From Acaryochloris thomasi RCC1774 (GTDB lineage: Bacteria > Cyanobacteriota > Cyanobacteriia > Thermosynechococcales > Thermosynechococcaceae), in NCBI RefSeq assembly GCF_003231495.1, contig NZ_PQWO01000004.1, positions 270,001 to 302,000 on the forward strand: 32,000 nucleotides of DNA, read 5' to 3'. Within the stretch, counting starts at the first letter, position 1; the number at the start of each line of letters is the position of its first letter. The notes beneath the pieces are model-generated. The model saw only the letters and a program-made list of their open reading frames with translations, searched no databases and had not been told where the DNA came from. Of this stretch, positions 7,079 to 16,700 are shown in pieces. Made by a program: the position numbers and the translations under genes.

Positions 7079-7696
7079 TTACGATCGCAGATCTTGCGGG
7101 ATATCTACGGTTGATAAACCTGCGATCGCAAGTAAATTCTGACTACGAATCAGTTCATTGAAGGTCAAGCTCGCCCGTTTTTCCAATTGGGCTGCGGCCT
7201 TAATCGCCTGCATGAGATGCTGGGCGGCCTCAGGTTCAGAATAGCCACGGCGTTGAGCCACCTTGAGGGCCAGATTATCAGCCTCTAGCTCTACCGGCAG
7301 ACCACGGGTGTTACGCCAGATTTGAGTGGTTGCGATCGCACCTAAGCCTGCAGCCACGACCACCCCCACCGCATCTCCCTGCACCAACTCCACCAGCGTT
7401 CCAACCAGACCAGCAACCGCTCCCCCCTGATAAAGATCTGGCTTCAGCCAGCGACTGCTTTTGAGCCAGCCCACTGTTCTCAGGAGGAGTAAATCGCACT
7501 GTGGCTGCGGGAGCTGACTCCACAGGTCAAAATTAATCGTGATCGGGCGCTTTTCTAAACGCAAAATAGAGCCGCCACAGTCAATCACCTGGGACTGCAA
7601 AGGAGCCTGAACAATTTTGGAATTCATGCGACCCGAGGCCGGCATCACATCCAAGAGACGACGAATTTCTGAGTTGGGATTCGTGGAGTCAGACAC
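7079..7696 (-). CDS. Conserved cyanobacterial protein, DUF3318-like
   Basis: 205-aa ORF. The N-terminal EIRRLLDVMPASGRM matches my recollection of the DUF3318 signature. It has a central Gly/Ala/Val hydrophobic segment. Confidence 0.5.
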   Translation of the reverse strand: MSDSTNPNSEIRRLLDVMPASGRMNSKIVQAPLQSQVIDCGGSILRLEKRPITINFDLWSQLPQPQCDLLLLRTVGWLKSSRWLKPDLYQGGAVAGLVGTLVELVQGDAVGVVVAAGLGAIATTQIWRNTRGLPVELEADNLALKVAQRRGYSEPEAAQHLMQAIKAAAQLEKRASLTFNELIRSQNLLAIAGLSTVDIPQDLRS

Positions 7697-7857
7697 GGTT
7701 TAAGCCATGCTCAAACATAGAAGGATAGTACTCTCCATATCGTCGCATCCCATTGCTCAATTTAGACTCAAAACCCCCAGCACTCAGACAAAATTGTTGC
7801 CAGCACTGAGGGTTTCTATCTATTTGATGGCTAGAGTTTTGAGCGAACCTGACAGCG

Positions 7858-8424
7858 TTAAACGCCACCTTGAACCACAAAGGCATCGCTAGAGAGGCGA
7901 ATTTTGTAGCCTGCATCAGCGGGAACCGTCAGCAGCTCGGCCTGGAAGGTGACAGTCTGCCCAGGGGCTAAAGTCGAAGGCTGAGGTGCTGCACTCCCGG
8001 TTTGCACGAGCTGACCGCTGGAGTCAATAATTTCAAAATTGACGCTAGCCACAGTCACAGCTTCTTTGTTGCCATTTGTCAGCGAACCCGCCGCGAGCGA
8101 GGAGCCATTAAGACGAATAATCGGATCAAGCCGCAGCTTGCTCACCCGCAAATTCTTTTCCAGCTTTTTCGCCAGTGCTTGAGGATCTTCACCCTGAGCA
8201 CCAGATGCGGCGGTTTGCGTCTCTGCGGGGGCTGATGGAGCGTTGAGATTCAGCAACTGAGTCCAATAGGATTGAAACTCAGACCACTCCAGTGGGGAGT
8301 CACCAATCACCACAATATCCCCAGGGGTCTGAGTCCTTGCAGCCTGTGGCGCTAAAGCCACCGTAGAGACCAGTACAGAACCCACCAGCAGTCGGCTCAG
8401 GATATTCGGGAATCCAGTTAACAT
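7858..8424 (-). CDS. Exported protein of unknown function (N-terminal signal peptide)
   Basis: 188-aa ORF. The hydrophobic N-terminus LLVGSVLVSTVALAPQAARTQ looks like a signal peptide. The C-terminal half looks beta-rich. No family recognised. Confidence 0.5.
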   Translation of the reverse strand: MLTGFPNILSRLLVGSVLVSTVALAPQAARTQTPGDIVVIGDSPLEWSEFQSYWTQLLNLNAPSAPAETQTAASGAQGEDPQALAKKLEKNLRVSKLRLDPIIRLNGSSLAAGSLTNGNKEAVTVASVNFEIIDSSGQLVQTGSAAPQPSTLAPGQTVTFQAELLTVPADAGYKIRLSSDAFVVQGGV

Positions 8425-8544
8425 AATGTCGTTACTCTCTTAACCAGCGTATTGAAGCCCAGAGGGCAATCATAAGAATTCGTTTAGCAGGCCAGCCGCT
8501 ATATTCTTTAGTATTCCCCAACGGTGGTCAAGACTGAACACTGA

Positions 8545-9063
8545 CTATCCGCCGTACTGCCAAGGTGTATCCTGCAGCAAGAGTGGCTCTCCCTCTCGGT
8601 AAAGCTCAGACGCGACAACTTCCCCTAGAAAGATGGAGTGATCTCCCTCCTCTAGACTGCCCCTCACTCGACATTCGATATAGCCCAAAGCAGACTGAAT
8701 AATCGGACAGCCAGTGGCTTCACCCAAGGTATAGTCCACATCGCCGAATTTGCTACCTTCACCTTTTTGGGGCTTGAAGAAAGTCTCTGCCATGTCTTTC
8801 TGGCTTTTATCTAAGAAGCTTACGGCAAAGACTTGACTCGCTTTAATCATGGCGTGGGAGCGTGAGTCTTGACGGACGCCGATCGCAATCATGGGTGGCT
8901 TAAAAGAAGCCTGGGTTGTCCAGCTTAGGGTAAAGCCATTGATCTCTTCACCCTCTTTGACGCCGCAGATATTGAGAGGGTGAGGAAGATGGCGCAGTAG
9001 GGTACGCTTGGCGTTATCGTCCAGCAATGATTTGATCTCCCTTACGGTACAGCTACTGTTCAC
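8545..9063 (-). CDS. Flavin reductase domain protein (FMN-binding split-barrel)
   Basis: 172-aa ORF. INGFTLSWTTQASFKPPMIAIGVRQDSRSHAMIKASQVFAVSFL and GDHSIFLGEVV are typical of the Flavin_Reduct family. Confidence 0.75.
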   Translation of the reverse strand: MNSSCTVREIKSLLDDNAKRTLLRHLPHPLNICGVKEGEEINGFTLSWTTQASFKPPMIAIGVRQDSRSHAMIKASQVFAVSFLDKSQKDMAETFFKPQKGEGSKFGDVDYTLGEATGCPIIQSALGYIECRVRGSLEEGDHSIFLGEVVASELYREGEPLLLQDTPWQYGG

Positions 9064-9265
9064 TGTAGCAACTATGGGTCAAGGGTTGAATCGCGCGGAT
9101 GGACCTCTGGGTCACAGTCATAATCATCTGTTTTACAGGAGTCATAACTTAACATAAAAACACCCGTAATTTAACGTACTTTCACTGAAACAAGCCCTAT
9201 AGTAATAGCTGGTCCAGTTCTGGTCAATCACAGAGTTGTTTAGCAAGTAAAGAACGGGGGACATT

Positions 9266-12166
9266 TTGGACAATCCAGGCATTCTTTCATTGGAATTAGG
9301 CGCAATTCGAGTCCGTGAAGGTGACGAAGAGGCCATCATTTCTGTTCTTCGCACAGAAGGCAGCGACGGCACAATATCAGTAGACTACTCCATCAACGAT
9401 GGAACAGCCAGAGATGGAAGTGACTATACAGGTAGTTCTGGAACCTTAACCTTTGGCCCCGGCGAAACAAAAATAGATGTCAGAGTTCCGATTCTGGCAG
9501 ACAATCAGCCAGAGGTTGATGAGACCTTTAATATTGCCATTGGTAGCCCCATCGGCGCTGTCCTGGGAGCTATCCGGTCTGCGGTTATTACGATTACAGA
9601 TGATGACACCACAGATGAAGATACTGTCGCCTTCGAGGATGCAGAATACAGTATTGGTGAAAACGCAGGGGAAGCAAGCATCGATATTGTCCGTACAGGC
9701 AATATCGATCGCACCGCTACGGTCAATTATGCATTGGGCGACGACTACGCGCGTGCTGGCCTAGACTTTGCCTCTGTTTCGGGCACTGTGACCTTCCAAC
9801 CAGGTGAAGCACGTCAAACATTTGCGGTCCCCATTCTAGAAGACGAGCTACAAGAGTTCGATGAGTCCCTTACTCTAACGCTGACTGATCCCGTTGGCAG
9901 CAATTTGGGCGTGCAGAGCAGTGCCCAATTGACGATTGTAGATAACGATGAGGCTCCCTTTACGTTCGAGCGCGAAGTCGTTGTTTCAGGTTTAGCCGAG
10001 GGAGAAAGAGTCGCGCGGTTTTCTGCACCACCCGGACCAACAGCCTTTGACTGGGCACCTGATGGGACGATGTTCATTGCCAATCTAGATGGCGTTGTCC
10101 AAATTTTCGACAATGGTGAACTCTTAGAGCAGCCTTTCATTGATATTTCTGAGCAGGTGAATACGGGTGGGCAACGGGGACTATTGGGGCTAGCTGTTCA
10201 TCCCGATTTTCCTGAAAGTCCCTACGTGTACCTAGCTTATTCCTACGATGCCCCTGGCGTGGAGCCGGACACGTCTAATACTCTACGCCCGACGCGGCTG
10301 GTTCGTGTGGAAGCGGACCCCGCCTCAGGTTATCGAGAGGTCTTGCCCGGTAGCGAAGTCATTCTGTTAGAAACGCCTCCCGTCAGTAACTTTCACGCAG
10401 CAGGGGCCATTAAGTTTGCAGAAGATGGCTCTCTCTTCTTTACCCATGGAGATGGAACCCAGGTTGGTAATACACCCACACCGGAGCAGGCAGAGCTACT
10501 GCAGAGCCTAGATAATCCCTTTGGTAAGCTCTTTCGCATTGACCCGCTGACGGGCGAGGGATATGCAGACAACCCGTTCTTCGATGGCGATACCACCAGT
10601 ACTCAGTCCAAGATTTATAACTACGGCCTGCGGAACCCTTGGCGCTATACGCTTCATCCAGAGACAGGTGTCCCCTTTATTGGTGATGTCGGCTGGACAA
10701 ACTGGGAAGAGATAAATACTGGGCGGGGGGAAAACTTTGGTTGGCCATTGTTTGAAGGCGGCAACGGCGTTAGCCGTAGGACCGAAGCCCTGGCTGATCT
10801 GCCTGAGTTCGAGACTCTCTTTCAAGGTGCATCAGATGTAACAGCCCCCCTCTTTGCACTCCGCCATCCCACCTCCCGCTCGATTACGCTCGGCGACTTT
10901 TACACAGGCGAAGCTTATCCTGATTTTTATGAGGGAGCACTTTTCTTTGCCGACAATACCGTGGGTGGGGTCAGTGCTCTACTTTTCGACGAGCAAGGGA
11001 ATATCGATTCAGCTATTCCTTTTGCGGATGAGGAGCTAGGAATCACTCAGATTTCGGTGGGACCAGACTCAAATTTATATTTTGCGAATGTTTTCTCTGG
11101 CGAGATTGGACGCTGGGTTCCCGCCTCAATAAACGAAAATGAAACGTTGATCGGGGGAAACAGTGGTGATGTCTTGAATGGTGGTGCTGGAGATGACGTT
11201 CTACGCGGTCAGGAAGGTAATGACACTTTAGCGGGTGAGGCTGGTGACGATACCCTCAAAGGAGGGGCCGGTGACGATAGCCTTACAGGTGGCGCAGGTG
11301 ACGATACCGTGATTGTTAATGACTTTAGTGGCGTTGACGTCTTTGACGGAGGATCGGGAAAAGATGTTATCCGGTTCTTACCCAGTGATGGCCGAAATAT
11401 AAATGTTCGTATTGCCGAAGGATTCGTCGGTGACAGGCGCGAGGGCGGTCAGTTCTTTGAAAACTTTGAGCGTGTCCTAACCGGCAGCGGCAACGACAGC
11501 TTGTTTGGCGATGCGAATAACAATGAGCTGTTTAGTGGTGCAGGCAATGATACCTTCGAAGGCGGTGCGGGAAATGACATCTTAAAAGGTGGGTCCGGTA
11601 ACGACGTCATTGACGGCGGGTCCGGTGACGATACCGTGATTGTTAATGACTTTAGTGGCGTTGACTTCTTTGATGGAGGAGAGGGGAACGATGCTATCCG
11701 GTTCTTACCCAGTGATGGCCGCAATATAAATGTTCGTATTGCCGAAGGATTCGTCGGTGACAGGCGCGAGGGCGTTCAGTTCTTTGAAAACTTTGAGAGT
11801 GTCTTGACTGGCAGTGGCGACGATAGCTTGTTCGGCAACGATGACGATAATCAACTCTACGGTGCGAATGGTCAAGACACGCTGCTGGGCGGCGGTGGTG
11901 ATGACTTGCTCGCGGGCGGACTAGGAGATGACTGGGTAACCGGGGGCAGCGGCTCAGATACCTTTATACTCGCGTCTGATGATGGCACTGATCAGATCAC
12001 TGATTTTGAACGTGGAGAGGATTTGATTGCCCTAGCAGGCGGCTTAAGTTTTGCAGAGCTAAGCTTCAGTGGCGATCAAATTTTATTGCAAGATCAAGCA
12101 CTTGCTGTTCTAGACGGTATTGCTACTACCAGTTTGGTGGAGACTGACTTCATCTCGGTTGCGTAG
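9266..12166 (+). CDS. Large secreted-type multidomain protein: 2x Calx-beta, a glucose/sorbosone-dehydrogenase-like beta-propeller, and C-terminal RTX calcium-binding repeats
   Basis: 966-aa ORF. Calx-beta signatures (DGTARDGSDYTGSSGTLTFGPGE; ARAGLDFASVSGTVTFQPGE). Propeller motifs (GLLGLAVHPDF, YNYGLRNPWRY, NFGWPLFEG). Many GGxGxD nonapeptides from about aa 630 onward. No signal peptide. There is no in-frame ATG in roughly the first 270 codons, so the start must be non-ATG (TTG 9266 per the track). Confidence 0.8.
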   Translation: MDNPGILSLELGAIRVREGDEEAIISVLRTEGSDGTISVDYSINDGTARDGSDYTGSSGTLTFGPGETKIDVRVPILADNQPEVDETFNIAIGSPIGAVLGAIRSAVITITDDDTTDEDTVAFEDAEYSIGENAGEASIDIVRTGNIDRTATVNYALGDDYARAGLDFASVSGTVTFQPGEARQTFAVPILEDELQEFDESLTLTLTDPVGSNLGVQSSAQLTIVDNDEAPFTFEREVVVSGLAEGERVARFSAPPGPTAFDWAPDGTMFIANLDGVVQIFDNGELLEQPFIDISEQVNTGGQRGLLGLAVHPDFPESPYVYLAYSYDAPGVEPDTSNTLRPTRLVRVEADPASGYREVLPGSEVILLETPPVSNFHAAGAIKFAEDGSLFFTHGDGTQVGNTPTPEQAELLQSLDNPFGKLFRIDPLTGEGYADNPFFDGDTTSTQSKIYNYGLRNPWRYTLHPETGVPFIGDVGWTNWEEINTGRGENFGWPLFEGGNGVSRRTEALADLPEFETLFQGASDVTAPLFALRHPTSRSITLGDFYTGEAYPDFYEGALFFADNTVGGVSALLFDEQGNIDSAIPFADEELGITQISVGPDSNLYFANVFSGEIGRWVPASINENETLIGGNSGDVLNGGAGDDVLRGQEGNDTLAGEAGDDTLKGGAGDDSLTGGAGDDTVIVNDFSGVDVFDGGSGKDVIRFLPSDGRNINVRIAEGFVGDRREGGQFFENFERVLTGSGNDSLFGDANNNELFSGAGNDTFEGGAGNDILKGGSGNDVIDGGSGDDTVIVNDFSGVDFFDGGEGNDAIRFLPSDGRNINVRIAEGFVGDRREGVQFFENFESVLTGSGDDSLFGNDDDNQLYGANGQDTLLGGGGDDLLAGGLGDDWVTGGSGSDTFILASDDGTDQITDFERGEDLIALAGGLSFAELSFSGDQILLQDQALAVLDGIATTSLVETDFISVA
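11297..11837 (+). repeat. Near-identical tandem duplication (period 327 bp = 109 aa) inside the RTX region
   Basis: GGTGACGATACCGTGATTGTTAATGACTTTAGTGGCGTTGAC occurs at 11297 and again at 11624. About 213 nt of each copy align with few mismatches, including an identical run AATATAAATGTTCGTATTGCCGAAGGATTCGTCGGTGACAGGCGCGAGGGCG. At protein level: DDTVIVNDFSGVD(V/F)FDGG...IRFLPSDGRNINVRIAEGFVGDRREG.QFFENFE. Confidence 0.85.
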
Positions 12167-12272
12167 CAGCTTGCCCCAATGTGAGGCGTAGAAAAGCTAA
12201 GGGACTTCATAAAACACTGGTTTGCCTTCTGATTCCGGTACGGCAAGTCTGGCAGAGCAAAACTGAGTGATT

Positions 12273-13064
12273 TTAAACTGTTTCTGTATAGACCTCTTGA
12301 TCTGGGGTGACGACTACGAGGCTGTTCTCAGCAACCGCAGTCCAGTGTTTGTTCTCAAAAGTTGGCTCAGACGCAATTAAGACACCGCTGGGTAGAGATA
12401 AGTCATCCTGAACCCAGTAAAGGGAAGGAGGGGGGTTGGGATAGGCATATCTTGAAGCGACTAGGGACTGACCATCACTCAAAACAATGTTCAAGCTGAC
12501 GCTAATGTTGGCAGCTGCGGCCCAGTTGGTAATGCGTTTCAGGGTCGCCGTCAGTGCAGACTGCAGCGGTAAGTCAGGGGTCTGCTCAAGTTCATGGCAG
12601 ACGAGGGCAAAGATATGCTCTGAATCGGTGGTGCCCTCGATGGTCTGATAGCAGCGATCGCTTAGATGACTCCGCAGCTTGCGATAGAGTGTTGAGCGAA
12701 ATTGATCAATAAACCCATTGTGAATGCCTAGCAGTTGCCCTTGCCGATAGGGCTGGCAGTTACTGAGCTGCACGCTTTGGCCTACGGTGGCGCTGCGGAC
12801 ATAGGCGAGCATACAGCCAGATTCTACATAGTGAGCAAGATTTGTAAGGTTTTGATCGCTCCAAATGGGCGTTGTATTACGATAGATACAGGGTGCAATG
12901 GGCTGTTCAGGATGGTACCAGCCAAGGCCAAAGCCATCTGCATTGAGCAACCCAGCGGTCATTTCTCGGGGTTGGTAGCTTTGCGCAATTAGTGAATGCT
13001 CGGGTTTCAGCAACAGTGTGTCTAAGCGAACAGAGGGACCGAGGTAGCCAAGCAAACGACACAT
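12273..13064 (-). CDS. Class II (Ntn, Cys2) glutamine amidotransferase, EgtC-like
   Basis: 263-aa ORF starting MCRLLGYLG (nucleophile Cys directly after Met), followed by NADGFGLGWY. This is typical of GATase_4/EgtC-like amidohydrolases. Confidence 0.7.
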   Translation of the reverse strand: MCRLLGYLGPSVRLDTLLLKPEHSLIAQSYQPREMTAGLLNADGFGLGWYHPEQPIAPCIYRNTTPIWSDQNLTNLAHYVESGCMLAYVRSATVGQSVQLSNCQPYRQGQLLGIHNGFIDQFRSTLYRKLRSHLSDRCYQTIEGTTDSEHIFALVCHELEQTPDLPLQSALTATLKRITNWAAAANISVSLNIVLSDGQSLVASRYAYPNPPPSLYWVQDDLSLPSGVLIASEPTFENKHWTAVAENSLVVVTPDQEVYTETV

Positions 13065-13358
13065 AGAGGGGTAAATAGTTTTTTGTGTTCCTCAAACTAT
13101 AGCTTTTGTTCCCAATTTGAGGGATGTCTCAGCAGATGTTCAGATTGAGCTGTAGTGATTCTCATCTCTGAGCTATTTAATTTAAATCGGGTGAGGAAGG
13201 CATTCGCATCAATCTGACTCCATCAGCAAGTCAATGTATCCGCTTGTCTTGTTTCTGCAAGCATTCAGCTTGCGATTGCGCTACACAGGACATCACGTTG
13301 CCTTATCTCTGATAGTCGCTGTGTCAATTTTCAGTTGTTAATCACTCCAGGAAGAATC

Positions 13359-13709
13359 ATGTTCTCACTCACAAAGATGATTTTCGGAGGCTTGGGCACA
13401 GCCGTAGCCTGTAGCTTGCCGCTTGCGATCGCAACATTCCAGCCCCCAGCATCAGCCCAGTCTACCCCCCAGCCGCCGCCGCAACAAAGTGCCGACGCCT
13501 TAGGGGGTGCCCTGACGCAGTCCAATGAGAACTTGTTTCAAGCCCCGCAGACTCAAAGACCAGAAAGGAAAACGTCTGAAACTCTCAAGTTGGATGGCAC
13601 GACTCCAGTCAATGAGAACGCTCAGACGCCCATGGATTGGCAATCCGAACACCTCGACAATCAGCGGCAGAGCAGCAGCGGTTTCTCTCTCGTCAACGTT
13701 GATCTCTAG
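13359..13709 (+). CDS. Small exported low-complexity (Gln/Pro-rich) protein
   Basis: ATG 13359 is preceded by AGGAAG 6 nt upstream. Signal-peptide-like MFSLTKMIFGGLGTAVACSLPLAIATFQPPASA|QS. The track start at 13335 is a TTG. No family recognised. Confidence 0.4.
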   Translation: MFSLTKMIFGGLGTAVACSLPLAIATFQPPASAQSTPQPPPQQSADALGGALTQSNENLFQAPQTQRPERKTSETLKLDGTTPVNENAQTPMDWQSEHLDNQRQSSSGFSLVNVDL

Positions 13710-13743
13710 CCGCCACAGCGCGTTGTGGCGAGCCTGAACTCGC

Positions 13744-16700
13744 TCACGTAGTCGGCTGGGGAATGGTGAAGTAAAACGTACTGCCCTGCCCCAGCTGACT
13801 ATCGACCCAGATTTGTCCGCCATGCTGCTGAACAATACTGCGGCAAATCGATAGACCTAGGCCCGTGCCCTCATGATTGCGGGTATCAGAAGAATCAGCC
13901 TGCTGAAATCGCTCAAAGATCAGGTCAATCTTGTCCGCAGCAATCCCGCGCCCCCGATCCTGCACGCTAAAGCAGAGGACCTGCGGCTGTGTCGTTTCAG
14001 CGCTGAGCCATACGGTACTGCCACGAGTTGAGAATTTAATGGCGTTGCTCAGGAGATTGGTGAAGGTTTGCAAAATCCGATCTGGGTCGGCCCGAATCTG
14101 CGCGGAGATCGGTTGCACTATCAAGGTGACGCCCTCCTGTTCGGCCATCCCCTGCATCGTATTGGCGGCCTGCGTCATCAGAGCTTCAGCCCAGCAGGGC
14201 CGCAGCTTCATTTCCACGTTGCCCGATTCGATGCGCTCAACGTCTAATACATCGTTAATTAAGCGCACCAGCCGGTCGGTACTGTCTGCGGCGATCTTGA
14301 GCAGCCGCTGGTTTTTGTCTGCTTGGGTGCTGAGCATGCCGCTGGCAAGCATCCGTAGAGACCCGTGAATAGAAGTGAGGGGCGTCCGTAGTTCATGACT
14401 GACAATGGAGATGAATTCATCCTTCATCCGCTCCATGACTTTGCGATCGCTAATGTCTTTAAAAGTGATCACAGCGCCAATAATCTTGCCCTGCTCAAGA
14501 ATGGGAGTACTGAGATATTCCACCGGGAAGCAGAAACGGTCTCGGCGGCAGAAGATTGCCTCTGATAGCGGCTGCGGTGTCCCGGCCTGCAGTGAAGCAT
14601 AGATAGAGGCCAAAGCCTCTGGAACAAGCTCACGATGGTCGGGTTCGAGAACACTGGGGAAGAGAATTTCAAGGGTTTGATTCATTAAGTCATCGGCGGT
14701 GTACCCAAGATATTGTTCGGCAGCAGCATTGACGAAGGTGAATTGCCCCTGCAGATTGAGCCCGCAGAGTCCTTCGCCAATGGCGTTAAGAATTAGCTCG
14801 TTTTGATGACTCATGCGCTCCAGCGTTTCCTGGGCCTGTTTACGCTGTGAAATATCACGCAGAATGACGGTGTAAAGGGTTTCAGTTTCTAATTCCAGCT
14901 TTGAAATCGAAGCCTCAGCTGGAAATTCGGTGCCATCTTTACGGCGACCAAAGAGTTCTTGGCGCTCTGCAATCCGCGTCGACGGTCCCCCACTGGCAAC
15001 ACGCTGACGATGAATCATCTCCGCCTGATTGGGCAGAAGCAGATCTAAGGATTGCCCAATCACCTCTGAGGATTCGTAACCAAAAATTTGCTCAGCGCCC
15101 TGATTAAAAAGGGTAATGGCCTCAGAAGCATTGACGGAAATAATAGCGTCGTTGGCAATTTCTAAAATGCCTGAAAAGCGCTCTTGAGAAACCTTCAGGG
15201 CGCTCTCGGTGGCCTTGCGTTCAAACAGTTCTTGGTTGAGCTGTTGGTTGACGCTGATCAGTTCTGCCGTACGCTCGGTCACCTTGCTCTCCAAGTTTTT
15301 GCGCGCTTCTTGCAGCACAATTTCCACCTGTTCACGTTCAGCTAGTTCAATTTGTAATTTCTGATAAAGCTCCGATTGCTGCAGCGCGATGGCCAGCTGG
15401 GTTGCCAGTCGGGTGAGCAAATTGATTTCACTTTGCTGCCACTGTCGAGGGGCAGAGCAGTGGTGAGCAATCAACAACCCCCAAAGCCGATCGCCCTGCA
15501 GAATCGGTACGATCAGGCTAGCCTGCACCTGAAACTGCTCTAGGAATTCGATATAGCAAGGTGTCAACCCAGCACAGTGAACATCTTCAAAGGCCGTAAC
15601 GTGCCCCTGGCGAAAGGGTTCAATGTAGGCTTCAGCAAAGCAGGGATCATAAATCTTCATCTCAAGCACTGAGGTCCAGGTCGTCGCCCCTAAAGACTCA
15701 ACGAGTGCCTTGCCGCTCCAGTCTGGGTTGAACTTAAAAATCAGGACACGGTCGGTTGCCAGTACTCGCTGTACTTCCGTCACAGCCGTGCTCAAAATAT
15801 CCTTTAAGTCTAGAGACTGGCGAATGTGAGCGGCGATCTCTCCCACGAGTTGCTCCTGGGCCACCTGCTGCTGCAGCGCGGCTTCATTGTGCTGTTGTTC
15901 AGCATTATCCAGCAGTCGCTCTAACAGATGGGTGCGCTCATCATGTTTGAGTACCTCGGCGAGCGGCTCAATTTTAGAGAGCTGCCGCTGCAGTCTGGTG
16001 CGCTCTAAGCGATTGAGAATTCGCACGATCAGTTCAGGCCCCATAATCGGCTTACTGACGAAATCATCGGCTCCGACGCTATAGACCCGGTTGACGATTT
16101 CAGCTTCAGTGTGGGCCGTCAAGAAAATGATCGGTAGCTGCTCCCAGCGAGCGTCATCGCGAATTTTCTGGCAGAGATCAATGCCGTTCATCTTCGGCAT
16201 CTCAACATCTAGCACCAATAAATCAGGGGTGTGTTCGGCCAGCCTCTGCCAAACCTGACTCGGTTCGGTGAGGGTTGTCACCTGAAATCCCCAGGGTTGC
16301 AGGAGGGTCGTGACGGTCTCCGAAACAAGGGGATCGTCATCAACAACCATGATCTGAGCCTCTATAGAGCCTAGGGAAGAGGGCGGAACGGTAAGGCCTT
16401 CCCGCGGCCCGGCAGTGGACGGCTCCAAGATGGGGTAGGGGGGCTGAGGCGGGAAAGACCTGAGGGACGGCAAATCGGCACGGCTAATTTCAGACCGCAG
16501 CGCAATGACATTCTGCTGCAGCGCTAAGGCTTGATCCTCGGTCAGGATCGTCTCCTGGAGTAAATGCTCAATGCTGCGCGCGAACTGCGACCCTTGGGCA
16601 TAACCAAAAGTGCCGAGTCCTCCAGCTAAAGTATGGGCTTCTTGTCGCGCCTGTTGATGGAGTTCTGTCGCTAACGAACCTTGCGTGAGGGCGGTGGCAG

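Noticed and set aside
13711-13730. Hairpin CGCCACA-GCGCGT-TGTGGCG between the convergent small exported-protein gene and the hybrid kinase, as a bidirectional terminator
   Set aside because: The stem is only 7 bp and has no flanking T- or A-tracts, which is too weak to call.
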